Source of the DNA: Thermoplasmatota archaeon
GTDB lineage: Archaea; Thermoplasmatota; Thermoplasmata; Thermoplasmatales; ARK-15
Length of the DNA: 64,000 nucleotides
Assembly: GCA_031961545.1 (NCBI GenBank)
Contig: JAVRLK010000001.1
Span: 6,596-70,595, forward strand
Reading direction: 5' to 3'
Under the pieces are notes generated by a model. That model ran no database searches and was not told where the DNA came from. It was given only the letters and a program-made list of their open reading frames with translations. This document shows positions 44,930-53,551 of the stretch, one piece after another. The translations under genes were made by a program, and so were the position numbers. How positions within the stretch are numbered: position 1 is the first letter of the stretch; each line of letters begins with the position of its first letter.

Positions 44930-45857
44930 CTATATAAATTTATCAGCTCTGTAGAAAACCTCTACAATAAAAATAATTCCAGAATCGTTTAGGACTACTA
45001 TTCTCCTTATATTGTATGCTATTATTTTCATTGCAATTTCTTTTTCAGATAGTTCTGGAATTCTTGATCTCACAAATGATCCACTTTTTCTTTTTATTAC
45101 TGAATGCACCGTTTCAACTATCGGCCTTCTATTGTATTCTTCAGGCAAATGCCTTTTCATTCTTTTTCTATGTTCTCCTCTAGTACGATGTATTGGAACA
45201 TCTTTATTTCTTGCAGGTATTATTGCCATAAGACCATATTTTTTGGCAATGATATGATTTTCTTCTGAATCATATCCCCTGTCACCAATAATGATCCTGA
45301 ATTTTCCAATTATTTCCCTATCCATATTTTCCAATGTTTTCTTGAACTCTTTTGAATCATGAATCTCTCCAAAGTAAGCATCATATGAAACAATCAGTTG
45401 TGAATGATCATCCACACATATTGTTGTTTTAACATACTTTTTCTTAACCTTCCTTCCAAAATCATCAAGCCTTTTATCGTAGTGAAAAGAATGATAATCC
45501 ACAGAATATCCAGTACTGTCAATTACCATTCTGTTTCCTAACATTCCCATAAAAAATTTCAGGATTTGATTGAAAACAAATGTAATGAGTGCTTTATCAA
45601 TCCTTTCTGAAAATTTCTGAATTGTTGTAAAATGTGGTATTTCAGAGAGAGAATAAAAGCTCAACAAATGCAGGATTTGATGCTATTATTTCAATAACAT
45701 CACGATAACTTAGATTATTCCAGTTTTTGTAAATAAATATGACAAAAAGCTGGTAGATCATATATTTCTTCTTGGAAAATTTGGAAGAATAAGCTAGAAG
45801 AAGTCTTTTGGATATAATTACAGCCTGTTCGATAAATTTATATTCATGTGATTTCAT
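44930..45857 (-). CDS. IS5-family DDE transposase encoded in two overlapping frames (+1 shift needed)
   Basis: The 71-aa and 245-aa ORFs overlap at 45642-45667. DDE elements are VIDSTGY, IIGDRGYDSEE and NRRPIVETVHSVIKRK (R-x3-E-x6-K). Confidence 0.75.
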
Positions 45858-45949
45858 TAAGAATTAGGGGGATTTTTGTCATATTATGTCTTCCATAAAT
45901 CCGACTAAATCCCCTAAATAAATACTTTACTTAGGATTTCTACAGATGT
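44945..45949 (-). mobile_element. IS5-family insertion sequence (about 1 kb)
   Basis: Imperfect terminal inverted repeats: AGCTCTGTAGAAAACC on the left and ACATCTGTAGAAATCC as the reverse complement of the right end. It carries a DDE transposase. No target-site duplication is evident. Confidence 0.8.
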
Positions 45950-46108
45950 TGGAGAATAGAAAAATATTCATGGATTGCAAATAAGGAGTAGGATGAAATT
46001 ATTGATGTGAAGAAAATAGATAATTTTGATATAGAAGGATTTGAAGAATACCTTTCATCCCTTGGTGTTGAAAGCAGTGTTCTCAGACTTATGCGCTGGG
46101 AATTATAA
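45950..46108 (+). pseudogene. truncated duplicate of the 3' end of gene 37711-38061
   Basis: ...EIIDVKKIDNFDIEGFEEYLSSLGVESSVLRLMRWEL, with an internal stop upstream. It starts exactly at the IS right end. Confidence 0.8.
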
Positions 46109-46124
46109 AAAATTAATTTAAAAG

Positions 46125-46199
46125 TAGCGGGGGGTGGATTTGAACCACCGATCTACGGGTTATGAGCCCGTCGGGATTTCCTGGCTACCCCACCCCGCT
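46125..46199 (-). tRNA. initiator tRNA-Met (CAT)
   Basis: AGCGGGGTGGGGTAGCCAGGAAATCCCGACGGGCTCATAACCCGTAGATCGGTGGTTCAAATCCACCCCCCGCTA. The 7-bp acceptor stem is perfect with A1:U72. Three G:C pairs close the anticodon stem. Confidence 0.9.
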
Positions 46200-46236
46200 T
46201 TTCAACCTTTAATGAAATTTTCCCTTAATAAGTTTT

Positions 46237-48534
46237 TCATTCGGAGATTTTCTGCTGACTTATTTCCTCCTTTCTGGATTTTATATGTGAAAGTATTATT
46301 TCCTCCATTTCCCTGTCGCTTACACCCTTGTAAAGAACCTGTTCCCTCTTGCTCCTGTCCCTGTATATGGTTATCCCCTTGCATTTAAGCTTGTATGCAA
46401 GCATAAATGCCTTTTCCACTTCATCTATTGTTGCCTCATTCCTCATATTTATTGTTTTACTTACAGCATTATCCGTATGTTTCTGAAAAACTGCCTGCAT
46501 AAGGACATGCCATTGATAATCTATATCGTGTGAAGTTAAGAATATCCTTTTTATATCCTCGGGTAAATTCAGATGCTGTATTGATCCCGTTCTTGAAACC
46601 TCCCTCATTATATCCTCTGAGTAAAGATTCCTTTTTCTCAATTCTTCCTCAAAAAGCTGGTTGACCTCAAGAAGTTCTGTTCCCTCAAGCACCTGCCTTA
46701 TGAACACAAGACCAAAAAGCGGTTCAATTCCCGATGACGTACCCGCAATAATTGAAATACTGCCCGTTGGTGCTATGGTTGTTGTTGTTGCATTCCTCAT
46801 CTTTATTCCCCTCTCGTACCATATTGACCTGTCCCATGCATAGAATGTCCCCTTTGTTTTCGCAAGATCCACGCTCGCTTCATGGCTCACCTTTTCAATG
46901 AATTCCATAACCTTTTCGGCAATATCAAGGGCCTCCTTTGATGCATATGATACCTTTAGTTTAATAAGCATCTCAGCAAATCCCATAACACCCAGACCAA
47001 TTTTCCTTGTCTGTTTTGTCATATATTCTATCTGCGGTAAGGGATAATTGTTTGCATCTATTACATTGTCAAGGAAATGAACTGCTATCCTTATAACCTT
47101 CCTTAACTTTTCCCAGTTTATCGATCCATTCTCAACAAACTTTGATAGGTTTATTGATCCAAGGTTGCAAGACTCGTATGGTAATAAAGGCTGTTCACCG
47201 CATGGGTTTGTTGCCTCAATTTCACCAAGGTATGGTGTTGGATTTTTTCTGTTTATTTCATCAATGAATATAACACCAGGATCGCCTGTTTTCCATGCCT
47301 GTGATACTATAAGGTTCCATATCTGTCTTGCCGGAACCCTTGAAACAACCTCCCTGTTCCTTGGATTTATTAATTCAAAATCTTCATCATTCTCAACAGC
47401 GTCCATGAATTGATCGGTAACGGCAACGCTAAGGTTAAAATTCTTAAGTTTTCCCTCAAAACCCTTTGCATTTATGAACTGAAATATATCAGGGTGATCA
47501 ACCCTCAGAATACCCATGTTTGCGCCCCTTCTCCTTCCACCCTGCTTTATAACATCAGTTGATACATCGAATATCTGCATGAATGAAACGGGTCCTGACG
47601 CAACACCCATGGTTGATCCAACAATATCACCCTGTGGCCTCAACTTTGAGAATGAAAATCCTGTACCTCCTCCTGATTTGTGTATCAATGCTGTGTATTT
47701 AAGAGCATTGTAAATGCTTTCAATTGAATCTTCAATTGGTATAACAAAACAGGCACTCAACTGCCCAAGACTTGTATTTGCATTCATGAGTGTTGGTGAA
47801 TTTGGTATGAACTGTAAATTCACCATTATTTCATAAAACCTTTTTGCAATTTCCTCGATTTTGTTCCATTTTTCATCAAGTATTTTCAAAACATCATTGA
47901 AGGATACCTTCATTGCCCTGTCGGAATTGAGTGAAGAATATGCCCTCTGCAACATTTCCCTTTCATACTTTGACAATGTTACGTTCCTTGGAACATAATC
48001 TGAATAAACATCCCTTTCCTTCTGTTTTTTGTTTATGTCAAAAACATCCTCATCGTAAAGTATATCTACCAAAGCTACGTATCTTGCAACCCTCCAGAAC
48101 ATTTCCCTTGGTGTTTCTATTATCTCCCCTTTCTCATTTTTCAAAAGATACCTTGCCTCAAGAACTCTTACAGCATTTATTGTTAATTTCAGATCATCCT
48201 TTATGCCAAAAAGATATTTCATTTCCCTTATTTCCTTTCTTTTCTGTCTGTAAAGAATATACGCCTTTGCTGTTTTTACAAGACCCCTCTCCATCAATGT
48301 TTCCTCTACAAGATCCTGTATATCCTCAACCCCCGGTACCCCATTTTTGAATTTCTCAATCAATTTATTTTCAACAATCTCCCCTATTTTTTCACTCTCT
48401 TCATCAATATTTTCAACTTCCTTTGTTTCATTAAGAGCCTTTTTTACAGCATTAACAATCTTTGATCTGCTGTAAAGTACGTAATCTCCGTTCCTCTTCC
48501 TGACAAGACTTATCATATTTAAATATATATTCAA
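46237..48534 (-). CDS. nrdJ: class II (adenosylcobalamin-dependent) ribonucleotide reductase with an N-terminal ATP-cone
   Basis: ATP-cone VRKRNGDYVLYSRSKIVNAVKKAL, SPTLMNA, SACFV and TNPCGEQPLLPYESCNLGSINL. Its 765 aa leave no room for an intein. Confidence 0.9.
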   Translation of the reverse strand: MNIYLNMISLVRKRNGDYVLYSRSKIVNAVKKALNETKEVENIDEESEKIGEIVENKLIEKFKNGVPGVEDIQDLVEETLMERGLVKTAKAYILYRQKRKEIREMKYLFGIKDDLKLTINAVRVLEARYLLKNEKGEIIETPREMFWRVARYVALVDILYDEDVFDINKKQKERDVYSDYVPRNVTLSKYEREMLQRAYSSLNSDRAMKVSFNDVLKILDEKWNKIEEIAKRFYEIMVNLQFIPNSPTLMNANTSLGQLSACFVIPIEDSIESIYNALKYTALIHKSGGGTGFSFSKLRPQGDIVGSTMGVASGPVSFMQIFDVSTDVIKQGGRRRGANMGILRVDHPDIFQFINAKGFEGKLKNFNLSVAVTDQFMDAVENDEDFELINPRNREVVSRVPARQIWNLIVSQAWKTGDPGVIFIDEINRKNPTPYLGEIEATNPCGEQPLLPYESCNLGSINLSKFVENGSINWEKLRKVIRIAVHFLDNVIDANNYPLPQIEYMTKQTRKIGLGVMGFAEMLIKLKVSYASKEALDIAEKVMEFIEKVSHEASVDLAKTKGTFYAWDRSIWYERGIKMRNATTTTIAPTGSISIIAGTSSGIEPLFGLVFIRQVLEGTELLEVNQLFEEELRKRNLYSEDIMREVSRTGSIQHLNLPEDIKRIFLTSHDIDYQWHVLMQAVFQKHTDNAVSKTINMRNEATIDEVEKAFMLAYKLKCKGITIYRDRSKREQVLYKGVSDREMEEIILSHIKSRKEEISQQKISE

Positions 48535-48567
48535 CTAAAAGAAAAACTTTTTCCTAAAAAAAAGAGT

Positions 48568-49227
48568 TTATTTGGCCTTGTTGTAGGCCTCCATTACAAA
48601 CTCTATGAAATTTTCTTCAGGATATGCTCCAACAAACTGTACATCCTCGTTTATCACAATGTGCGGTACACTTGAAACACCATACTTGTCAGCCCAGTCG
48701 GGGAATTCAATTGCCTCAATCATTTCACCAATTATGTGTTCGTTGTATTGAGCAAACTTATGGGCAACCCTGACAGCCCTCGGGCAGTATGGACATGTGG
48801 GTGTAACAAAAACCTGTATCCTTATATCCTTATCAATTTCATCAAGATGCTCCTTCACATTACCCTTGAATTCAACCTTTCTTGATGAAACACTCATTAT
48901 ATCCTCAACAAGACTTGAAAATTCATATCCTGCCGGAATACCAATATACCTTATCCTTGATCCATATGTGAGTTTATCGTCCGTTACAACTGTTGTTGGT
49001 GCATGTTCAATACCAAGCTTCTTTGCCATATCACTGTTAACGTCATAATTTTCAACATGAATAAGATCCGATAAAGATGCAAGTTCCTTTGCTATTTCTA
49101 CAGTTTCATTGCAGTACCTGCATGATGGATCGTTTGTTGTGAATATCAACAACTTTACATCCTCTTTCATGTGTTTCTCGAATTCCTCCTGAAGGTATTT
49201 TCTATCCTCTTCACTTATTAATGCCAT
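48568..49227 (-). CDS. protein disulfide oxidoreductase (two thioredoxin folds, glutaredoxin-like)
   Basis: Two CxxC sites: CRYC and CPYC. Confidence 0.8.
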   Translation of the reverse strand: MALISEEDRKYLQEEFEKHMKEDVKLLIFTTNDPSCRYCNETVEIAKELASLSDLIHVENYDVNSDMAKKLGIEHAPTTVVTDDKLTYGSRIRYIGIPAGYEFSSLVEDIMSVSSRKVEFKGNVKEHLDEIDKDIRIQVFVTPTCPYCPRAVRVAHKFAQYNEHIIGEMIEAIEFPDWADKYGVSSVPHIVINEDVQFVGAYPEENFIEFVMEAYNKAK

Positions 49228-49279
49228 TTAGTATCACCTTTCCATACCCAGATTACTCATAATATTTATACTTTTCTTA

Positions 49280-50131
49280 TTAAAATGAGATAAGAGCATT
49301 GATAATCACAAGGATAAAAATCACTGCAAGGTAGGGTGATGATAATTTGAATATTTTGAATGCAATGTTTTTTTCAGGCTTTTTGAAAAGCTTTATGACC
49401 ATATAAATTAACAATGCATCCGGGATAAAAATTAAAAAGGAGAAAAATGGATTAATTATTAAAAAAATTAAAAATGAAGATATTACTAATAAAATTGTAA
49501 AAATGCCTATCATTTTAATTGTGTATGTTTCACCCTTAACAACAGGTAACATTGGTACTTTTGCTCTTCTGTAATCATCCACATATCTTATTGCAAGGCT
49601 CCATATGTGTATGGGTGTCCATAGAACTATTGTAAGCATTAGCAAAAATGGTGTTACCGAAATTATTGAATTGGTTAATCCTGACCATACAACAAGAACA
49701 GGAGCACCTCCGGCAAATGAACCTATAATTATGTTCCAGGGTGTTTTTCTTTTTGTAAACCAGTTATAAAGGAAGGGATCGAATATTATTCCAAATATTA
49801 TCCATAAAAGTGCATAATAGAAAGAAAAATAAAGAAGAAGAATTGATGATAATATTATCAATATGGCACCAAAATAAACAGCCTTTTCAGGTTTTATCCT
49901 TCCGCTTGGAATTGGTCTTCTTTTTGTTCTTTCCATGACGGAATCAATGTCCCTGTCAATATAATTTGTTATGGCATTTGTTCCCATAACAGCAAGGAAT
50001 AAAGAAATTATTAAAAGAAGAAATGGAAGATTGAACTCCCTTGTTAATGCACCTCCAGCAACACCTCCAAAAACCAACAATAGTGTTTCCTTGAACTTTC
50101 CAAGCTCCAGATAATCCTTGAATGTTGCCAT
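49280..50131 (-). CDS. ctaB: protoheme IX farnesyltransferase (heme O synthase)
   Basis: UbiA-family motif NYIDRDIDSVMERTKRRPIPSG and a polytopic protein. Confidence 0.85.
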   Translation of the reverse strand: MATFKDYLELGKFKETLLLVFGGVAGGALTREFNLPFLLLIISLFLAVMGTNAITNYIDRDIDSVMERTKRRPIPSGRIKPEKAVYFGAILIILSSILLLYFSFYYALLWIIFGIIFDPFLYNWFTKRKTPWNIIIGSFAGGAPVLVVWSGLTNSIISVTPFLLMLTIVLWTPIHIWSLAIRYVDDYRRAKVPMLPVVKGETYTIKMIGIFTILLVISSFLIFLIINPFFSFLIFIPDALLIYMVIKLFKKPEKNIAFKIFKLSSPYLAVIFILVIINALISF

Positions 50132-50226
50132 TATTATCCAACTATGAAAACAAATCTTTTTCTAAAAAGTTTTTCATTTGAATTTTGGAAAAGTATAAAA
50201 TAATGTTTCCCTTTTAAATTTTCATA

Positions 50227-50898
50227 ATGAATTACATTTATACGTTTAATGAAAATTTTTTCGTTGATAATTTTAAAAAAAGGTTGAACAGATTTGTTGT
50301 TGAAACAGAATCAGGGAGGAGATGCCATCTTCACGATCCTGGGAGGCTTGAGGAACTGCTTTATCCCGGCGCACCACTTTATATGGTTGAGAAATCGAGG
50401 GGTTTGAAATGTGAAATATATTATACCAGGAAGAACGATGAGTATGTTTTGATAAATTCTAAAATACACTCGGATATTGCTGAGAACATAATAAATTCTG
50501 ATCTTTTTAAGGATTTTAAAATTATAAGAAAGGAAGTTAAAGTAAAAAAGAGCAGAATAGATTTTCTCCTTGAGCATAAAAACAGGGAATTTTACCTTGA
50601 GGTAAAGGGATGCACATTAACAAAGAATGGTGTCGCACTCTTTCCTGATGCACCTACTGAAAGGGGAAGAAGGCACGTGGAGGAATTGGAGAATCTAATT
50701 GAAAAAGGGTACGAAGGGGGTGTGATGTTTCTTGTTTTCAGAAAGTCTGAATATTTCAGCCCAAACTGGGAAACGGATCCAGAATTTTCGGAAGCATTGA
50801 AAAGAGCATATAATAAAGGTTTGAAAATTTTTCCTGTTCAACTATACTTTGATGGTAAAAACATTTATGCTGAAAATTTGTTAAAATTAAAAATTTAA
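50227..50898 (+). CDS. sfsA: SfsA-family protein
   Basis: KRLNRFVVE...CHLHDPGRLEELL, SRIDFLLE and FPDAPTERGRRHVEEL. Confidence 0.85.
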   Translation: MNYIYTFNENFFVDNFKKRLNRFVVETESGRRCHLHDPGRLEELLYPGAPLYMVEKSRGLKCEIYYTRKNDEYVLINSKIHSDIAENIINSDLFKDFKIIRKEVKVKKSRIDFLLEHKNREFYLEVKGCTLTKNGVALFPDAPTERGRRHVEELENLIEKGYEGGVMFLVFRKSEYFSPNWETDPEFSEALKRAYNKGLKIFPVQLYFDGKNIYAENLLKLKI

Positions 50899-51767
50899 AA
50901 TTTCCTGTCAAGGTATGGTTCAATGATTTTTAAGCAAAGGTTCCAGAGTATATTTTCATTCTCCCTTGAATAATATTTATCCTTAACCTTAATTTCCATC
51001 ATTCCAGCAAAAAATTTTCCATTCAGATTTTCAACATCCTTCGATGATGCAAGATAAACTGCTGTCAATGCACCTTCCTCAGGTTTTGACATGAAAGGTC
51101 TACTAAGGCTCAATAGTATGCTCCATAAGAAACCCTTTTCCACATTCTTTCCAAAGTTTGTTGCAACAACACCCGGATGAAGTGTATAAACATTTATATT
51201 TTTGTATCCCCTTGCCCTCAATTCAGATGAAAGGTGCCTTGCAATCCATATCACATAAAGCTTGGATAATGCATATGCTCTAAACGAACTGTAATTCTTC
51301 TCAAATTGAAAATCATTGAAATCCGGCCTTTTTGCGTATCTATACAAAAGAGAGGATGTGAATATTATTCTTGCAGATTCACTTTTTGATAAAAGATCAA
51401 GTAGTAAAAGAGTTATTAAAAGTGGTGATAAAACATTAAGTGTTAATGTTTTTTCATAACCATCCACTGTCAATTCCTTTTTTTTACCAAATATACCTCC
51501 AGCATTGTTTATTAGAACATCAATTCTATCAAATCTATTCTTAATCTCTTCACTCATATTTTTTATTTCCTCAAAAGAAAGAAGATCAGCACGAAAACCG
51601 TATATTTTTTCATTTCCACTTTTTTCTTTTATCTCCCTGATTACATTTTCAATTTTCTTTTCATTTCTACCATGTATTATTATTGTATATCCCATTTTTG
51701 CAAGGGAAATTGCAGCAGCCTTTCCTATACCATCGGTTGATCCCGTTATCATTACAGTTTTATCCAT
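50895..51767 (-). CDS. short-chain dehydrogenase/reductase
   Basis: ITGSTDGIGKA, NNAG and YALSK. Confidence 0.85.
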   Translation of the reverse strand: MDKTVMITGSTDGIGKAAAISLAKMGYTIIIHGRNEKKIENVIREIKEKSGNEKIYGFRADLLSFEEIKNMSEEIKNRFDRIDVLINNAGGIFGKKKELTVDGYEKTLTLNVLSPLLITLLLLDLLSKSESARIIFTSSLLYRYAKRPDFNDFQFEKNYSSFRAYALSKLYVIWIARHLSSELRARGYKNINVYTLHPGVVATNFGKNVEKGFLWSILLSLSRPFMSKPEEGALTAVYLASSKDVENLNGKFFAGMMEIKVKDKYYSRENENILWNLCLKIIEPYLDRKF

Positions 51768-51815
51768 ATTTGAGAGTAAGAAGATTGTTTTCTTAATCTT
51801 TTTGAATTAAAAAAG

Positions 51816-51888
51816 TGGACCGGCGGGGATTTGAACCCCGGGCCTCCACATTGCAAGTGTGGCGATCTACCAGCTGATCTACCGGCCC
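51816..51888 (-). tRNA. tRNA-Ala (TGC)
   Basis: GGGCCGGTAGATCAGCTGGTAGATCGCCACACTTGCAATGTGGAGGCCCGGGGTTCAAATCCCCGCCGGTCCA, with the G3:U70 identity pair. Confidence 0.9.
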
Positions 51889-52622
51889 TCTTCCTCTTTC
51901 CTTTTTTCTCTCATTTCCCTTCTTTTCTTTTCCATCTCTATTTCCTTTAATTCTTCCTCCGACAATTCAACCTTCCTCTTTCTTGCCTTCTTTATGTACT
52001 TAGGGGGTATTTCCTTTGTTATATAAATATACTTTGTTGCCCTGTATATTTCAATACCATCATTCATTGCTTCCTTTGCGTTTATTTCAAGCACTATGGG
52101 ATCATCAGACCTATGCCTTCCCGCTATGTATGCCTCCTCGTATGTCCTTGAAAGATGTACCCATTTTCTCTCTCCGGGCTTTATGCCAATCTCCTTTATG
52201 AACTCTTCCTCCTCTGGAACAATTGCATAATAAAGTTTTTCAGGTATATTGTCCCTGGGAAGATCCGAAAGATCAACGTTTATTGAATGACCGTAAACGG
52301 CCCTTACCTTTCCCTGGGATGGATCGTACTGAAACCTGCCTTTTGGATCCGTTAACACAAAGGATTCTATGTGAATATTCTTAAGCCACCTGAACTTCCT
52401 TTCATTTTTCTTTATTCCATTGACTATATCCTGTATTTTTGCCCATCCTTTTTCATCAAGAACAACATCAAACTTCTCAGGAAAATGCCTGAGTATGCCT
52501 GTAACTATCCTGCTTATGGCTTCAAATTCCCAGTCGTTAAGCAATAATTTTCCTTCCGACCCACATATGGGACATTTTTCGCCCCTGAAAGGTCCATGTG
52601 TTTCGCAGCTTTTAAGTTTCAT
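51879..52622 (-). CDS. kptA: RNA 2'-phosphotransferase (KptA/Tpt1) with an N-terminal Zn ribbon
   Basis: ISRIVTGILRHFPEKFDVVLDEKGWAKIQDIV, VRAVYGHS and WVHLS. The N-terminal CETHGPFRGEKCPIC forms the Zn ribbon. Confidence 0.8.
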   Translation of the reverse strand: MKLKSCETHGPFRGEKCPICGSEGKLLLNDWEFEAISRIVTGILRHFPEKFDVVLDEKGWAKIQDIVNGIKKNERKFRWLKNIHIESFVLTDPKGRFQYDPSQGKVRAVYGHSINVDLSDLPRDNIPEKLYYAIVPEEEEFIKEIGIKPGERKWVHLSRTYEEAYIAGRHRSDDPIVLEINAKEAMNDGIEIYRATKYIYITKEIPPKYIKKARKRKVELSEEELKEIEMEKKRREMREKRKEEEGR

Positions 52623-52665
52623 ATGTTCACATCCCGGGATTAAACAATTTTAAGATAAAAACCTT

Positions 52666-53517
52666 TCATTTCATGATTTCATTCTTTATATCCTCAGCAA
52701 GGGAAACAACACTCTTCGGATTTTCAACAGTATCTGTTGATATCAAAACATCAACGTACATCTGTATTCTATCGAGAGCATTTGAAACAAAAAGACCATG
52801 GACACATCCAACTATTACCTTACCAGCTCCCTTATCCTTCAGGATCCTTGATGCGGTTATTATTGTTCCACCGGTTGAAATTAAATCGTCTATTATTGCA
52901 ACCGTTTTTCCCTTTACCTCAATATCGCCCGTTTCCATTGTTACCCTTTCACTATCTATCCTCTTCTTTTCAAACTGAACAAACGGTATGCCGAGAATTT
53001 CACTTACAAATTTTGCCCTCTCATAGGATCCCTTGTCAGGTGAAACAATAAGATCTGGGTTGAATTTTTTGAAGTATTCAGCAATTGCCCTCTCCCCTTT
53101 TATTTCTATAGCAGGAACTCTGAACCATTTTAAAATTTCACTGTTATGAAGATTCACTGTTATAACCCTGTCAACGTTTTCAGATAAATGTTCTGCCATT
53201 ACCTTTGCACTTATAGGTTCACCATCATTGAACCTTTTGTCCTGTCTTCCGTAACCAAAATATGGTATCACGGAAACAAGGCTTTTTATTTTATACTGCC
53301 TTATTGCATCTATTGTTATTAAATACTCAACAATGTTTGTATCAGGATATGTGTTTTGAACATAAACGATATCCTCACCATCCAGATTTTCATGAATTCT
53401 GACATAACATTCACCATCGGGAAATCTTTTAATTTCCCTGTGTATCATTGGAAAACCCGTAACCTGCGCCAATCTTTGAGCGAGGACAAGCGATCCGGAT
53501 CCACTTAAAATTTTCAT
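52666..53517 (-). CDS. prs: ribose-phosphate pyrophosphokinase
   Basis: KRFPDGECYVRI and the PRPP loop AIIDDLISTGGT. Confidence 0.9.
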   Translation of the reverse strand: MKILSGSGSLVLAQRLAQVTGFPMIHREIKRFPDGECYVRIHENLDGEDIVYVQNTYPDTNIVEYLITIDAIRQYKIKSLVSVIPYFGYGRQDKRFNDGEPISAKVMAEHLSENVDRVITVNLHNSEILKWFRVPAIEIKGERAIAEYFKKFNPDLIVSPDKGSYERAKFVSEILGIPFVQFEKKRIDSERVTMETGDIEVKGKTVAIIDDLISTGGTIITASRILKDKGAGKVIVGCVHGLFVSNALDRIQMYVDVLISTDTVENPKSVVSLAEDIKNEIMK

Positions 53518-53551
53518 AGTTTCCGTATTGTATTAAAACTAAAAAACTTTC

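Larger units (their letters stand above)
45950..46201. repeat. direct repeat copy 2 (gene fragment plus tRNA-iMet)
   Basis: Aligns with 37898-38155. Confidence 0.9.

Noticed and set aside
46237-48534. An intein inside the ribonucleotide reductase, a common archaeal intein host.
   Set aside because: At 765 aa the protein is normal length for a class II RNR with an ATP-cone, and the catalytic motifs are contiguous.
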